DNA of 64,000 nt from an uncultured Fibrobacteraceae bacterium (GCA_964436825.1 CAYTEO010000004.1:28372-92371), one strand, 5' to 3'; counted from the first letter of the stretch, positions 7,912-18,152 are shown. Notes: generated by a model from the sequence alone, not told the origin. A program made the numbers and translations.

Positions 7912-9414
7912 TCAGTCGTCGCCGTGGTAGAGGGAGAGGAAGCGCCGGTAGAGGCGCCAGCGGTAGAGGATCGTCTCCGTGTAGCGGACCGTCTCGTCGC
8001 CGCGGTAGTAGCCGTAGCGGGTGCTGCGGTAGCTGGCGCGGTCGCGCTTGCGGCGCAGGCCGACGACGACGTTGCCCTCCCACCGGTTGGGATCCAGCCC
8101 CAGGTCCATGGCCAGCCGCCGGGCGTCGTTCATGTGGCCGCGCCCGGCGTGGTAGGTGGCGATGGTGAAGGCGAGCCGGTCCGTGGAGTCCAGGTAGGCG
8201 TAGCCCCGGTACAGGGAGGTCAGCTGGCGGACGCCCTCGCGGATGTTGACCTCGGGATCGAGCAGGGCGGTCGTGTCGGCATCGGCGAAGCGGGGCAGGA
8301 CCTGCATCAGGCCGACGGCGCCGGCGTCGCTGCGGGCGGTGGGATCGAAGTGGGATTCCTGCTGGATGAGGGCGGCCACCAGCAGCCAGTCCAGTTCCGT
8401 CCCGAGGCACTCCCGGCGGATGATGTCGTCCCATGGCGAGATCCGCCCGCAGCGGTCCGGCCGCAGGGAGGCCTGGCGGTAGTAGCGGACCTGGGCCGGA
8501 TCCTCGAAGTAGCGGGCCATCAGCGTTCCCAGGGATTGGCTGCGGCGCGGTCCCTCCACGCCCATGCGGTAGTGGCGGCGGAGGAAACGGTCGACGGCGT
8601 CGCGCAGTTGCGGGGCGTTGGCGCGCAGCAGCCAGCCCACCGGCATGATGTCGGTCAGCACCGCGCCGACGGTGACACGGCCGGTGACGGCGCGGGCGGC
8701 CCGCAGCGACAGGTCGGTCGTCGCCACGGCCGGGATCTCGCCCCGGGCCAGGCGCAGCAGCAGGAGCTCCTCGGTGACGTCAGGCGGTTCCTTGACCAGC
8801 AGCAGGTCGGTCCCGCCGTCGCGCAGCCGGCGCAGGGCCGGCAGCAGGGGGGACCAGGCAGGGACGTGGACGGTCACCCCGTCCAGCGAGGTGATGGTCG
8901 GGGCGCCGGCCGGGTCCGCCTGTACGGCCACCACGCCGCGCGTGTGGGCGTAGTTGTAGCTCCAGGCGCCGTAGCGTTTCCAGGAGTTGACGGCGGGCCG
9001 GCCGCCGGCCACCAGGTCGCCGGCGCCCTCGGCCAGCAGGGTCAGGGGGTCCTCCCCCGGCCCCGGCAGGACGACCTCGAGGCGCAGGTTCAGGTTCCCG
9101 GCGAAGGCGCGGGCCAGTTCCACCTCGAAGCCGGTATCCTCGCCCCGGAAGATCATGCAGCGGGTGGGGCCGGGGCAGGTGATGAGCCGCAGGATCCCCT
9201 CGCGCTGGATGTCCGGCAGGTCGCGGACGACCGGCATCGTCGGCTCGGGCAGGTCGATCGCGCCGCCCGGCGGCGGGAGCGTGCCGGCGTCGTCCACGCG
9301 CTCGGCACAGCCGCCCAGGACCAGCAGGACTGCCAGCAGGAGCGCTCCCCTGCCGGAGGCGGACCGGGAGCGGCGCCCGTGCCTGGAGCCGTGTCGTCGG
9401 GGGAGAGGCGTCAT
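7912..9414 (-). CDS. mltF: membrane-bound lytic murein transglycosylase F (periplasmic solute-binding domain + SLT domain)
   Basis: Start ATG at 9414 (MTPLPRRHG…) with lipoprotein-like leader ALLLAVLLVLGGC. N-terminal SBP_bac_3-like domain. C-terminal SLT motifs ESHFDPTARSDAGAVGLMQVLP and ATYHAGRGH. The 548-aa track ORF starts earlier only by read-through. Confidence 0.8.
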   Translation of the reverse strand: MTPLPRRHGSRHGRRSRSASGRGALLLAVLLVLGGCAERVDDAGTLPPPGGAIDLPEPTMPVVRDLPDIQREGILRLITCPGPTRCMIFRGEDTGFEVELARAFAGNLNLRLEVVLPGPGEDPLTLLAEGAGDLVAGGRPAVNSWKRYGAWSYNYAHTRGVVAVQADPAGAPTITSLDGVTVHVPAWSPLLPALRRLRDGGTDLLLVKEPPDVTEELLLLRLARGEIPAVATTDLSLRAARAVTGRVTVGAVLTDIMPVGWLLRANAPQLRDAVDRFLRRHYRMGVEGPRRSQSLGTLMARYFEDPAQVRYYRQASLRPDRCGRISPWDDIIRRECLGTELDWLLVAALIQQESHFDPTARSDAGAVGLMQVLPRFADADTTALLDPEVNIREGVRQLTSLYRGYAYLDSTDRLAFTIATYHAGRGHMNDARRLAMDLGLDPNRWEGNVVVGLRRKRDRASYRSTRYGYYRGDETVRYTETILYRWRLYRRFLSLYHGDD

Positions 9415-9547
9415 GATGGAGGATGGTCGGGGATGGCCGGGTCGCGTGTCAACGGTTGTGCCCCGGAAAATGTGTCCGGCCTCTTTCCCTTGGCCCCGGC
9501 GGCGTCGCTGCCCTATCGTCGTCCCGCACGCCAGCAAGGAGCCGATC

Positions 9548-9862
9548 ATGGACGACATCCGCGTCTACACCGGGACCCTGATCGCCGACCTGAGGTTGCC
9601 GTGGGCCGAGAGCCTGAAGGAGCGCCGCCAGGCGTTGAGGGGGGTCCTGGACCGGTTGCGCCGCGAGGAGTTCGGGGTGGCCCAGGTGGGACCCGCCGAG
9701 CTGCGCCAGCGGGTCTTCCTTGCCATCACGGCCGTCTCGGGCGATCCTGGCGTGCTCGAGGAGCGGCTCGACGCCGCCGAGCGGATCCTGTTCCGCAGCG
9801 AGTTCGAGGTGGGCTCGGTCCGGCGTGAGACGAGTGCCTGGACCGGGTCCTCCCTGGCGTGA
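9548..9862 (+). CDS. DUF503 family protein
   Basis: AGGAG RBS, ATG 9548. Sequence MDDIRVYTGTLIADLRLPWAESLKERRQALRGVLDRLRREEFGVAQVGPAELRQRVFLAITAVS… matches the DUF503 pattern (…IxLxIPxxxSLKEKR…). Confidence 0.7.
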   Translation: MDDIRVYTGTLIADLRLPWAESLKERRQALRGVLDRLRREEFGVAQVGPAELRQRVFLAITAVSGDPGVLEERLDAAERILFRSEFEVGSVRRETSAWTGSSLA

Positions 9863-9897
9863 CCCGGATCCACGCTGCAGCGGAGAGGTCTCCTGCA

Positions 9898-10521
9898 ATG
9901 CCCCTGATCGACCTGACCCACACCATCCGGAGCGGCATGCCGGTCTATCCGGGCGATCCCACGTCGCCGGCGATCGTCCGCGAGAGCGAGCACGGGGCCG
10001 GCAGCCATCAGTCGTCGTCGGTGCGGCTGGGCTGTCACACCGGCACCCACATCGATCTGCCTCTGCACTTCCGGGCCGGGGAGCCGTCTCTGGAGGCGTT
10101 CCCGGCGGAGCGCTGCGTCGGCCCGGCCGTGGTGGTCGACGCGCCGGAAGGGGAGATCCCGGCGTCGGTCCTGGACGGGATCGACCTGGCGGGGATCGAC
10201 TTCGTCCTGCTGCGCACCGGCTGGGAGCGGCACTGGGGCGGCGACCGCTACTACGACGGCTGGCCGTTCCTGGCGCCGGCGCTGGCCGAGCGGCTGGCGG
10301 CGGCGCGGCTCAAGGGGGTGGGGCTCGACACGCCCAGCATCGACCCGGGCGATTCCGAGACCTGCCACCGCCTGCTGGCGGCGGCGGGGATGATCAACAT
10401 CGAGAACCTGGCCCACCTGCAGAGGCTGCCGGTGGGCCGGCCGGTGCGACTGTGGGTCCTGCCCCTGCGGCTCGACGGTGCGGAGGCCTCGCCGGTGCGG
10501 GCCGTGGCGGAGGTCGGATGA
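9898..10521 (+). CDS. cyclase family protein (kynurenine formamidase-like, PF04199)
   Basis: Signature HTGTHIDLPLHF (HxGTHxDxPxH metal site). 207 aa from ATG 9898 (MPLIDLTHTI…). Confidence 0.75.
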   Translation: MPLIDLTHTIRSGMPVYPGDPTSPAIVRESEHGAGSHQSSSVRLGCHTGTHIDLPLHFRAGEPSLEAFPAERCVGPAVVVDAPEGEIPASVLDGIDLAGIDFVLLRTGWERHWGGDRYYDGWPFLAPALAERLAAARLKGVGLDTPSIDPGDSETCHRLLAAAGMINIENLAHLQRLPVGRPVRLWVLPLRLDGAEASPVRAVAEVG

Positions 10522-10534
10522 ACGGTCCTTGGGC

Positions 10535-11491
10535 ATGGAGGGAGCGGTGCTGACCCAGCTGCTGCTGTTCGCGGTGGGCATCGTCGTCCTGCTGGCCGGC
10601 GCCTGGGCGCTGGTCCGGGGCGGGTCGCGCCTGGCCACCCTGCTGGGAGTGCCGCCGGTGGTGATCGGCCTGACGATCGTCGCCTGGGGAACCTCCGCGC
10701 CGGAGCTGGTCGTCTCGCTGGCGGCGGCGCTGCGCGGCAACGGACAGATCATGCTGGGCAACGTCATCGGCTCGAACCAGGCAAACATCGGCCTGATCCT
10801 GGGCGCGGCGGCGCTGCTGATGCGCCCCGGCATCGACCGGCGGCTCCTGCGGTTCGACCTGCCGTTCCTGCTGGCGTCCACGCTCGTCTTCTCGCTGATG
10901 CTCCTGGACGGGGCGCTCGGCCGGTGGGAGGGGCTGGTCCTGCTGGCCGGGTTCGCCGCGATCACCGTCCACACCCTGGGTGCGGCCCGGCGCGGGGAGA
11001 TCGAGGTGCCGGCCGATGAGGTGCCCAGTGCCGGGATGGGGGTACCGCTCAGCGGCCTGATGGTCCTGGCGGGCGGCGGGCTGCTCGGGCTGGGGGGACA
11101 CCTGATCGTCGCCAACGCCGAGCAGATCGCCCGTGGCCTGGGCGTCAGCGAGATGGTCATCGGCCTGACCCTGGTGGCCATCGGGACGAGCCTGCCCGAG
11201 ATGGCGGCCACCCTGGTGGCGGTCTGGCACGGCGAGAGCGGGATCGCCATGGGCAACGTGGTCGGCTCCAACCTGTTCAACCTGCTGGCGGTAGGCGGGC
11301 TGGTGCCGGTCGTCCAGCCGATCCTGACGCCGGGGACCGTGGTCCACCGCGAGGTCCCGGCGATGCTGGCCATGACGCTGGTCATGGCGCTGCTGATGAA
11401 CCGGCGCCGGACCTTCCCGCGTGCCGGAGGTGTCCTGCTGCTGCTGTTGTATGCTATCCTGATGACCTGGCAGGCACGCCTCTGGCCCTGA
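10535..11491 (+). CDS. sodium/calcium exchanger (CaCA family, YrbG-like) membrane protein
   Basis: Two alpha-repeat motifs GTSAPELVVSL and GTSLPEMAATL with GNVIGSN / GNVVGSNLFN, on a ~10-TM hydrophobic profile. Confidence 0.8.
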   Translation: MEGAVLTQLLLFAVGIVVLLAGAWALVRGGSRLATLLGVPPVVIGLTIVAWGTSAPELVVSLAAALRGNGQIMLGNVIGSNQANIGLILGAAALLMRPGIDRRLLRFDLPFLLASTLVFSLMLLDGALGRWEGLVLLAGFAAITVHTLGAARRGEIEVPADEVPSAGMGVPLSGLMVLAGGGLLGLGGHLIVANAEQIARGLGVSEMVIGLTLVAIGTSLPEMAATLVAVWHGESGIAMGNVVGSNLFNLLAVGGLVPVVQPILTPGTVVHREVPAMLAMTLVMALLMNRRRTFPRAGGVLLLLLYAILMTWQARLWP

Positions 11492-11508
11492 CGACGAGGA
11501 GTCGCGCG

Positions 11509-12279
11509 TTGGTGGATGCCCGGTCGAACGACGGACGTGTTCCGACCCAGGAGGAACGCCGCGGCCTGATGGGCCTGGCGCGCCGGATCGCCAAGGCCGG
11601 CTACGCCTCCCGCCGCGTCGCCGAGGAGATCGTGCGCGCCGGCAGGGTCCAGGTGGACGGCCAGCGCATCCTGGATCCCTACCTGGGGGTCCCCGAGGAC
11701 GTGGAGATCGCCGTCGACGGCCAGGTGCTGCAGGAGGTGGCCCGGGTCTACTTCGCCTTCTACAAGCCGCTGGGAGTGACGACGAATCCCACCGTCGGCC
11801 AGCGCGGTCGTCTGGTCTCCGAGTTCCTGCCCTCCGACATCACCGGCCTGCGCCCGGCCGGCCGGCTGGACCTGGGCACGACGGGCCTGCTGCTGATCTC
11901 CAACGACAACCGCTGGAACGGCCTGGCCGCCGCCGGCAACGGGCACGAGAAGGAGTTCCTGTTGCGGGTGGCCGGCGAGATCAGCGACCTGCAGCTCGAC
12001 CTGATCGCCTCCGGCGTCCAGATCCACAAGGTGGGGACGGTCCAGCCGACGCTGGTCAAGCTGGAGGCCCGCAACGTCCACAACTCTGTCATCAAGATAG
12101 CCCTGCGGGAGGGGAAGGTGCGCCAGCTCCGCGCCCTCTGCCAGGCCCTCCGCCTGGAACTGAAGGGGTTGCACCGTATCCGCATCGGACCGATCCATCT
12201 GGGCTCGCTGCGGCCCGGCAAGATGCGCCCGCTGACCGACGAGGAGATCGAGGCCATCCGGCGGGGGGCGGGCCAGTGA
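11509..12279 (+). CDS. pseudouridine synthase, RsuA/RluB family (S4 domain + catalytic domain)
   Basis: S4 RNA-binding N-terminus (RIAKAGYASRRVAEEIVRAGRVQVDG) and catalytic-Asp motif AGRLDLGTTGLLLISND. The real start may be the internal ATG at 11569. Confidence 0.8.
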   Translation: MVDARSNDGRVPTQEERRGLMGLARRIAKAGYASRRVAEEIVRAGRVQVDGQRILDPYLGVPEDVEIAVDGQVLQEVARVYFAFYKPLGVTTNPTVGQRGRLVSEFLPSDITGLRPAGRLDLGTTGLLLISNDNRWNGLAAAGNGHEKEFLLRVAGEISDLQLDLIASGVQIHKVGTVQPTLVKLEARNVHNSVIKIALREGKVRQLRALCQALRLELKGLHRIRIGPIHLGSLRPGKMRPLTDEEIEAIRRGAGQ

Positions 12280-13007
12280 GTCGGCAACATCCCTTCGCCT
12301 CCGGCAAGCCGGCGGGGAAGGGGCAGTTCCTGCTGGCGCGACGTTCCCGGGTCGTTGCGCCATGGTTGCCGCGACAGGGCGTCCTGCTCGACCTCGGCTG
12401 TGGCAACGGCGCCCAGACCGTTCATCTCGCGGCCGGGTTCTCGCGGGTGATCGGTGTCGACATCGTACCGGACTTCCTGCGGCTGTTCTCAGAGACGCTG
12501 GCACCCGTGGCCGGCGGTGTCGAGGTCCTGGGGATGGTCTCCGACGGTTCCCGGCTCCCGCTGCGTTCGGCATCCGTCGACTGCGTCGTCAGTTTCGAGG
12601 TCCTCGAACACGTGGCCGACGAGCGGGAGACGTTGCAGGAAATCAGGCGGGTCCTCAAGCCGGGAGGACGGTTGGTCGTCTCGGTCCCCAACAAGTGGTG
12701 GATCTTCGAGACGCACGGCGCGGACCTGCCGCTGCTCCGGTGGAATCGCGTGCCGTTTTTCAGCTGGTTGCCCCGCCGGATCCACGAGCGCTATGCCCGC
12801 GCGCGGATCTACACGCGCCGGCGCATCAGGCACCTCTTGACGATGCACGGCTTCGCCGTCAGGCACGAGACCTATCTGACGGCCCCGATGGACATGGCGC
12901 CGTCGGCCGCTCTGCGCTCGTTCCTCAGGTCGACGGTCTTCTCCCGGGACACGACGGCATGCCCGTTCCTCTCCACGTCGATCGTCTGCGTGGCGGACCG
13001 GTCGTGA
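12276..13007 (+). CDS. class I SAM-dependent methyltransferase
   Basis: Motif I VLLDLGCGNG, motif post-I VIGVDI, and LKPGGRLVVSVPN. Start overlaps the previous stop (ATGA). Confidence 0.75.
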   Translation: MSRQHPFASGKPAGKGQFLLARRSRVVAPWLPRQGVLLDLGCGNGAQTVHLAAGFSRVIGVDIVPDFLRLFSETLAPVAGGVEVLGMVSDGSRLPLRSASVDCVVSFEVLEHVADERETLQEIRRVLKPGGRLVVSVPNKWWIFETHGADLPLLRWNRVPFFSWLPRRIHERYARARIYTRRRIRHLLTMHGFAVRHETYLTAPMDMAPSAALRSFLRSTVFSRDTTACPFLSTSIVCVADRS

Positions 13008-14074
13008 CGTCGCTCGTCATGGTATCCGGAATCGCCCCGGCGGCGACGATCGTCGTCGACCAGTCCGGTGCGGGAGACTATCTGACCATCGCCGGCGCCG
13101 TGGCCGCTGCCGCGGACGGTGACGAGATCGTGATCAACCCCGGCACGTACGACGAGTACATCAATCTCACCAGGAGTGTCGATTTCTCGGCGACAGGTGG
13201 TCCGGGGACGGTCACCTGGACCGGTTCGGGGATCCACCAGCTCCTGAACATCGAGCAGCCCGTGACCTGCCACTGCACGGGAATCGTCTTCGCGGGCGGT
13301 CGCGTCACGGGGGTCGAGGGTGTCGGGGCGGCCGTCCACGTGGGGGTCGGCGCCGTGGTGACCTTCGACCGGTGCCGGTTCGAGAACAACTGGGCCGGTT
13401 GGGACTGCGCCCGCTCCGCCCAGGGGAGCGGCACGGACGTCAAGGTCACCGGCTGCGAGTTCAGGGGCAACTACGCGTACCACAACGCGCCCGCCGCCGG
13501 CGTGCTGTTGTCGGCGACGATGCGCCTGGAATCCTGCCTGTTCGTCGACAACACCTGTGACGCTCTTGCCGGCGCCGTGGGAGCCTACCAGGACGCGACC
13601 CTGGACGTCGGCCAGTGCGTGTTCCTCCACAATCAGGGTGTCGAGTCGGGGGCGCTGCGCTACTATGACGCCTCCGGCACCGCCACCAACAACACCTTCC
13701 ACGACAACACGGGCGACGCGGTCGTCGTGGTCCGCTACTCGACGGCCGTCCAGTTCACCCACAACATCGTGACGACGAATGCCGCGGGAGCCGGTCTGGC
13801 GTTCGACTACCCCCTCGACCACGACTGCAACATCTTCTTCGACATCGCCGGTCCCGCCGTTGCCGGCGGGGACCTGGCACCCGGCGAACAGGTCACCGAT
13901 CCGCTCTATTGCAACCACGAGCTCGGCGAGCTGACCCTCTGTTCGCTGTCGCCCGCCCTGCCCGCCAACAGCGGCTGCGGCCTGATCGGTGCGCTGGGGG
14001 AGGGGTGTTCCGACTGCGGCCCCATCGCCAACGAGTCCGTGACGTGGGGCGGCCTCAAGGCGATGTTCCGGTAG
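13004..14074 (+). CDS. right-handed parallel beta-helix repeat protein (pectate-lyase-like fold) ending in a short conserved C-terminal tail
   Basis: GTG 13004 overlaps the upstream stop (GTGA). Pectin-lyase-fold N-terminus TIVVDQSGAGDYLTIAGAVAAAADGDEIVINPGTYDE. Repeated NN/HN/DN beta-helix rungs. CGLIGALGEGC mirrors CGQIGALGQGC of the S8 protease. Ends …ESVTWGGLKAMFR. No N-terminal signal peptide. Confidence 0.65.
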   Translation: MTSLVMVSGIAPAATIVVDQSGAGDYLTIAGAVAAAADGDEIVINPGTYDEYINLTRSVDFSATGGPGTVTWTGSGIHQLLNIEQPVTCHCTGIVFAGGRVTGVEGVGAAVHVGVGAVVTFDRCRFENNWAGWDCARSAQGSGTDVKVTGCEFRGNYAYHNAPAAGVLLSATMRLESCLFVDNTCDALAGAVGAYQDATLDVGQCVFLHNQGVESGALRYYDASGTATNNTFHDNTGDAVVVVRYSTAVQFTHNIVTTNAAGAGLAFDYPLDHDCNIFFDIAGPAVAGGDLAPGEQVTDPLYCNHELGELTLCSLSPALPANSGCGLIGALGEGCSDCGPIANESVTWGGLKAMFR

Positions 14075-14093
14075 GTCCCGGCGGCGGGCGGCC

Positions 14094-15554
14094 CTACAGC
14101 AGCCCCACCCGCTCGTTGAAGGCCCGGATCAGGGCGTCCCACTGCTCGGCCTCGGCGAACATCTCGGGCCAGAAGTCGGGATCCCACAGCCGGCGCAGAT
14201 CGTCCACGTCCTTCTGCTGCTGCTCGACCCAGGTGTAGTACTTGAAGTTGTGGAGCTGCTTGCGGTCCTGGTAGCCCAGCTCGCGCACGTAGTCGGGGGT
14301 GATCCCGCGCAGCCAGCGCTCCAGGTGCCGCAGGCCCAGGTCACGGGTGTAGGGGCCCTCGCTCCCGTTCAGCTCGCGCAGGCGGGAGGTGTACATCTCG
14401 CTGGAGTCGGTCAGGCAGGTGAACAGGACGTCCCGGCCGTCCAGGTCGTAGTAGCGGGCCGTCTTGATGGCCGCGGCCAGGTTGCCGATGCTGGAGATCC
14501 CCAGCAGCGGGAGCTGCCCGATCAGCTCCTGCGGCACCCCGGCGTCGGCCAGGGCGGCGTGGCCCTCCGGCTCGTTGAACAGCCGCAGCAGGTCCATGCA
14601 CTGCTGGTCGTCGATGGCCACGACGAAGTCCGTGTTGCGGACGTTGTGGATCCAGGGGACGTGCTTGTCGCCGATCCCCTCGATGCGGTGCCCGCCGAAA
14701 CCGCAGCGCAGCAGGGTGGGGCACTGGAGCGCCTCGGCCGCGGCGACGAGCATCCCGGGGTGGCGCGTCTTGAGGAAGTCGCCGGCGGCGATCGTCCCGG
14801 CCGAGCCGGTGGCCGAGACGTAGGCGGAGAGCCGCTGCCCGGGCGCCGCCAGGCGCTGGAACAGCTCGTCGATGATCGAGCCGGTCATGTGGTAGTGCCA
14901 CTGGGCGTTGCCGAACTCGTCGAACTGGTTGAAGATGACGCAGTCGGGCCGGGTGCGCCGGATCTCCCAGCACTTGTCGTAGATCTCCTTGACGTTCGAC
15001 TCGCAGCCGGGCGTGGCGATGACCTCGGTGGCCACCCCCTTGAGCCACTCGAACCGCTCGCGGCTCATCTCCTCGGGCAGGATCGCCACCGAGTCGCAGG
15101 CCAGCAGCTTGCTGTCGAAGGCCCCGCCGCGGCAGTAGTTGCCGGTGCTGGGCCAGACGGCCTTCTGGGTCGTGGGATCGAAGGCGCCGGTGACGAGCCT
15201 CGGGACCAGGCAGCCGAACGCCGCCCCCACCTTGTGGGCCCCGGTGGGGAACCACTTGCCCACCAGGCCGATGATCCGGGCCTGGACCCCGGTCAGCTCC
15301 GGCGGGAATTCCAGCCAGTTGCCGTCGTTGTAGAGGCCCGTCTCCGGGTCGTTCTTCCAGGTGATCCGGAAGAGGTTGACCGGGTCGATGTCCCACAGCC
15401 CCACGTCCTTCAGGCGCGCCTTGATCTTCTCTGGGACCAGGCGGGCCGGGTCCTTCATCTCGGCCAGGGTGGGGATGATGATGTTCCGCTCCCGGCAGCG
15501 GGCGGCGGCCTTCTCCAGGACTTCCTCGTTCACGACGGTCAGGCGGGTGATCAT
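14094..15554 (-). CDS. PLP-dependent enzyme, tryptophan-synthase-beta/threonine-synthase-like fold (fold type II), 'PLP-dependent lyase/thiolase'-like with ~130-aa C-terminal extension
   Basis: ATG at 15554 preceded by GGGAGT RBS ([12 protein letters not shown]…). Lysine motif region [13 protein letters not shown] resembles PTGSFKDRG of fold-II PLP enzymes. Glycine-rich loop [12 protein letters not shown]. 486 aa. Confidence 0.65.
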   Translation of the reverse strand: MITRLTVVNEEVLEKAAARCRERNIIIPTLAEMKDPARLVPEKIKARLKDVGLWDIDPVNLFRITWKNDPETGLYNDGNWLEFPPELTGVQARIIGLVGKWFPTGAHKVGAAFGCLVPRLVTGAFDPTTQKAVWPSTGNYCRGGAFDSKLLACDSVAILPEEMSRERFEWLKGVATEVIATPGCESNVKEIYDKCWEIRRTRPDCVIFNQFDEFGNAQWHYHMTGSIIDELFQRLAAPGQRLSAYVSATGSAGTIAAGDFLKTRHPGMLVAAAEALQCPTLLRCGFGGHRIEGIGDKHVPWIHNVRNTDFVVAIDDQQCMDLLRLFNEPEGHAALADAGVPQELIGQLPLLGISSIGNLAAAIKTARYYDLDGRDVLFTCLTDSSEMYTSRLRELNGSEGPYTRDLGLRHLERWLRGITPDYVRELGYQDRKQLHNFKYYTWVEQQQKDVDDLRRLWDPDFWPEMFAEAEQWDALIRAFNERVGLL

Positions 15555-15754
15555 GTTCGACTCCCATCGGCTGTTATTCTCCAGCAGTCTGCGGAAACGA
15601 TGGGCTCCGGCCGCGGTCCGGTCAACAGATTCCGGCCGGGAGCCGGACTTGCCCTCGCCGTCCCCAGGCTCCATTATCCTGGCGTCACCGTGAACAGCGA
15701 CCAACGAGCACCCCATCCCGGGGCACCATGACCTCACCCGAGGAAGGTATCGCC

Positions 15755-18028
15755 ATGCAGATCGAGACGACTCCCCAGATGGTCCAGGACGTCTATCGCC
15801 GCAGCCGCGAGCACCTGGCCGTGGTGCGCGAGCGGCTGGGCCGTCCCCTGACCCTCGCCGAGAAGGTCCTGTTCGGCCACCTCGACGATCCGGCCGGCCA
15901 GCAGCTGGAGCGGGGCAAGGCGACCCTGCGCCTGCGTCCCGACCGGGTGGCCATGCAGGACGCCACCGCCCAGATGGCCATCCTCCAGTTCATGATGGCG
16001 GGCCGGGACGAGACGGCCGTCCCGACGACCGTCCACTGCGACCACCTCCTGCTGGCCTACAAGGGGGCGGAGGAGGACCGCAGGACGGCCCTGGACGTCA
16101 ACCGCGAGGTCTACGAGTTCCTCGAGAGCGCCGCGGCGCGCTACGGGATGGGCTTCTGGAAGCCGGGCTCGGGGATCATCCACCAGATCGTCCTGGAGAA
16201 CTACGCCTTCCCCGGCGGGATGATCATCGGCACCGACAGCCACACCCCCAACGGCGGCGGGCTGGGCATGGTGGCCGTGGGCGTGGGGGGCGCCGACGCC
16301 GTCGACGTCATGGTCGGCATGCCGTGGGAGGTGCTCCACCCGAAGCTGATCGGCGTGCGGCTGACCGGCGCTCCCAGCGGCTGGACGGCGCCCAAGGACG
16401 TCATCCTGAAGCTGCTGGACATCCTGACGGTCAAGGGCGGCACCAACGCCATCGTCGAGTACTTCGGGCCGGGCACCGCGGCGCTGAGCTGCACCGGCAA
16501 GGCGACGATCACGAACATGGGCGCCGAGCTGGGGGCCACCACCAGCATCTTCCCCTACGACGAGCGGATGGCCGCCTACCTGCGCGGCACCCGCCGCGCC
16601 GAGCTGGCCGACCTGGCCGACGCCAACACCGACCTGCTGACCGCCGATCCCGAGGTCCAAGCCGATCCGGGGCGGTTCTACGACCAGCTCATCGAGATCG
16701 ACCTGTCGACCCTCGAGCCGCACCTGGTCGGTCCGCACACCCCCGACCTGGCCCACCCGGTGGGCCGGATGGCCGAGGACACCGAGCGCGAGGGCTACCC
16801 CGAGCGGCTCACCGCCGCCCTGATCGGCAGCTGCACCAACAGCAGCTACGAGGACATCTGCCGCGCCGCCGACGTCGCCCGCCAGGCCCTGGACAAGGGG
16901 CTGCGGATGAAGGCCCGGCTGCTGGTCTCCCCGGGCTCGGACCAGATCTACGAGACGATCAAGCGCGACGGCCAGCTGGCGGTCCTGGAGCAGGTCGGCG
17001 CGACCGTCCTGACCAACGCCTGCGGGCCGTGCATCGGCCAGTGGAAGCGCGACGACATCCAGCCGGGCGAGCCGAACAGCATCGTCACCTCGTTCAACCG
17101 CAACTTCCGCAAGCGCAACGACGGCAATCCGGAGACCCACGCCTTCATCGGCAGCCCCGAGATCGTCATGGCCTACGGTCTGGCCGGGACGCTGAAGTTC
17201 AACCCGCTGACCGACACCCTGACGGCGGTGGACGGCAGCCAGGTCAAGCTCGATCCTCCCGCCCCGGCGCCGGAGCTGCCGCCGGAGGGCTTCGTGTCGG
17301 CCACCGCGGGCTACCAGGCGCCTCCCGCGGACCGCGGCGGCGTGGCCGTCAAGGTCGATCCCGACAGCGAGCGCCTGGCCCTGCTGGAACCGTTCCCGGC
17401 CTGGGACGGCGAGGACTACCGGGACCTGGTCCTGCTGATCAAGGCCCGGGGCAAGTGCACGACCGACCACATCTCCATGGCCGGCCCCTGGCTGAAGTAC
17501 CGCGGCCACCTGGACAACATCAGCAACAACATGCTGATCGGCGCCGTCAACGCCTTCAACGGCGAGACGAACAGGGTCAAGGACCAGCTCGCCGGCGAGT
17601 ACGGCGAGGTCCCGCAGGTGGCGCGCCACTACAAGGCCGAGGGGGTGCGCTGGATCGTCGTCGGCGACGAGAACTACGGCGAGGGTTCCAGCCGCGAGCA
17701 CGCCGCCATGGAGCCCCGGCACCTGGGCGGGGTGGCCGTCATCGCGCGCAGCTTCGCCCGCATCCACGAGACGAACCTCAAGAAGCAGGGCCTGCTGCCG
17801 CTGACCTTCGTCGACCCGGCCGACTACGACAAGGTCCAGGAGGACGACCGGATCGACATCCTGGGCCTGAAGGAGCTGGCGCCGGGCAAGCCGCTGACCG
17901 TCGTCCTGCACCACGCCGACGGGAGCGAGGAGAGCTTCCCGGTGGCCCACACGCTGACCGACGAGCAGATCGAGTGGTTCCGCCACGGCTCGGCCCTCAA
18001 CAAGATCCGGGCCGAGAGCGGCAGCTAG
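15755..18028 (+). CDS. acn: aconitate hydratase (mitochondrial/AcnA-type, ~757 aa)
   Basis: RBS GAGGAAGG before ATG 15755. Aconitase motifs [53 protein letters not shown], and the swivel domain with SREHAA. Confidence 0.85.
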   Translation: MQIETTPQMVQDVYRRSREHLAVVRERLGRPLTLAEKVLFGHLDDPAGQQLERGKATLRLRPDRVAMQDATAQMAILQFMMAGRDETAVPTTVHCDHLLLAYKGAEEDRRTALDVNREVYEFLESAAARYGMGFWKPGSGIIHQIVLENYAFPGGMIIGTDSHTPNGGGLGMVAVGVGGADAVDVMVGMPWEVLHPKLIGVRLTGAPSGWTAPKDVILKLLDILTVKGGTNAIVEYFGPGTAALSCTGKATITNMGAELGATTSIFPYDERMAAYLRGTRRAELADLADANTDLLTADPEVQADPGRFYDQLIEIDLSTLEPHLVGPHTPDLAHPVGRMAEDTEREGYPERLTAALIGSCTNSSYEDICRAADVARQALDKGLRMKARLLVSPGSDQIYETIKRDGQLAVLEQVGATVLTNACGPCIGQWKRDDIQPGEPNSIVTSFNRNFRKRNDGNPETHAFIGSPEIVMAYGLAGTLKFNPLTDTLTAVDGSQVKLDPPAPAPELPPEGFVSATAGYQAPPADRGGVAVKVDPDSERLALLEPFPAWDGEDYRDLVLLIKARGKCTTDHISMAGPWLKYRGHLDNISNNMLIGAVNAFNGETNRVKDQLAGEYGEVPQVARHYKAEGVRWIVVGDENYGEGSSREHAAMEPRHLGGVAVIARSFARIHETNLKKQGLLPLTFVDPADYDKVQEDDRIDILGLKELAPGKPLTVVLHHADGSEESFPVAHTLTDEQIEWFRHGSALNKIRAESGS

Positions 18029-18055
18029 CCGGGACCGGCACCGGTGGACGCGGGC

Positions 18056-18090
18056 GGGGGCGCCGAAAGGCGCCCCCGTCCCATTTCCCC
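18056..18090 (+). terminator. rho-independent terminator candidate after aconitase
   Basis: Perfect hairpin GGGGGCGCC-gaaa-GGCGCCCCC 28 nt after the TAG stop, followed by GTCCCATTTCCCC. Confidence 0.5.
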
Positions 18091-18152
18091 GGTGAAGTCG
18101 GCGGCGTCGGGTGCGATAATACCCCGTGTCACCCACGACGGGGGGAGGGATC

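Noticed and set aside
9859-9897. Longer N-terminal extensions given by the ORF track for several genes (cyclase 9859, CaCA 10478, NifX-like 24161, flippase 44273, MltF 9558, queF 44176)
   Set aside because: The extensions start at alternative GTG/TTG codons, lack RBSs, are low-complexity, and sometimes overlap the upstream gene. Internal ATGs with Shine-Dalgarno sequences and family-typical N-termini were preferred.
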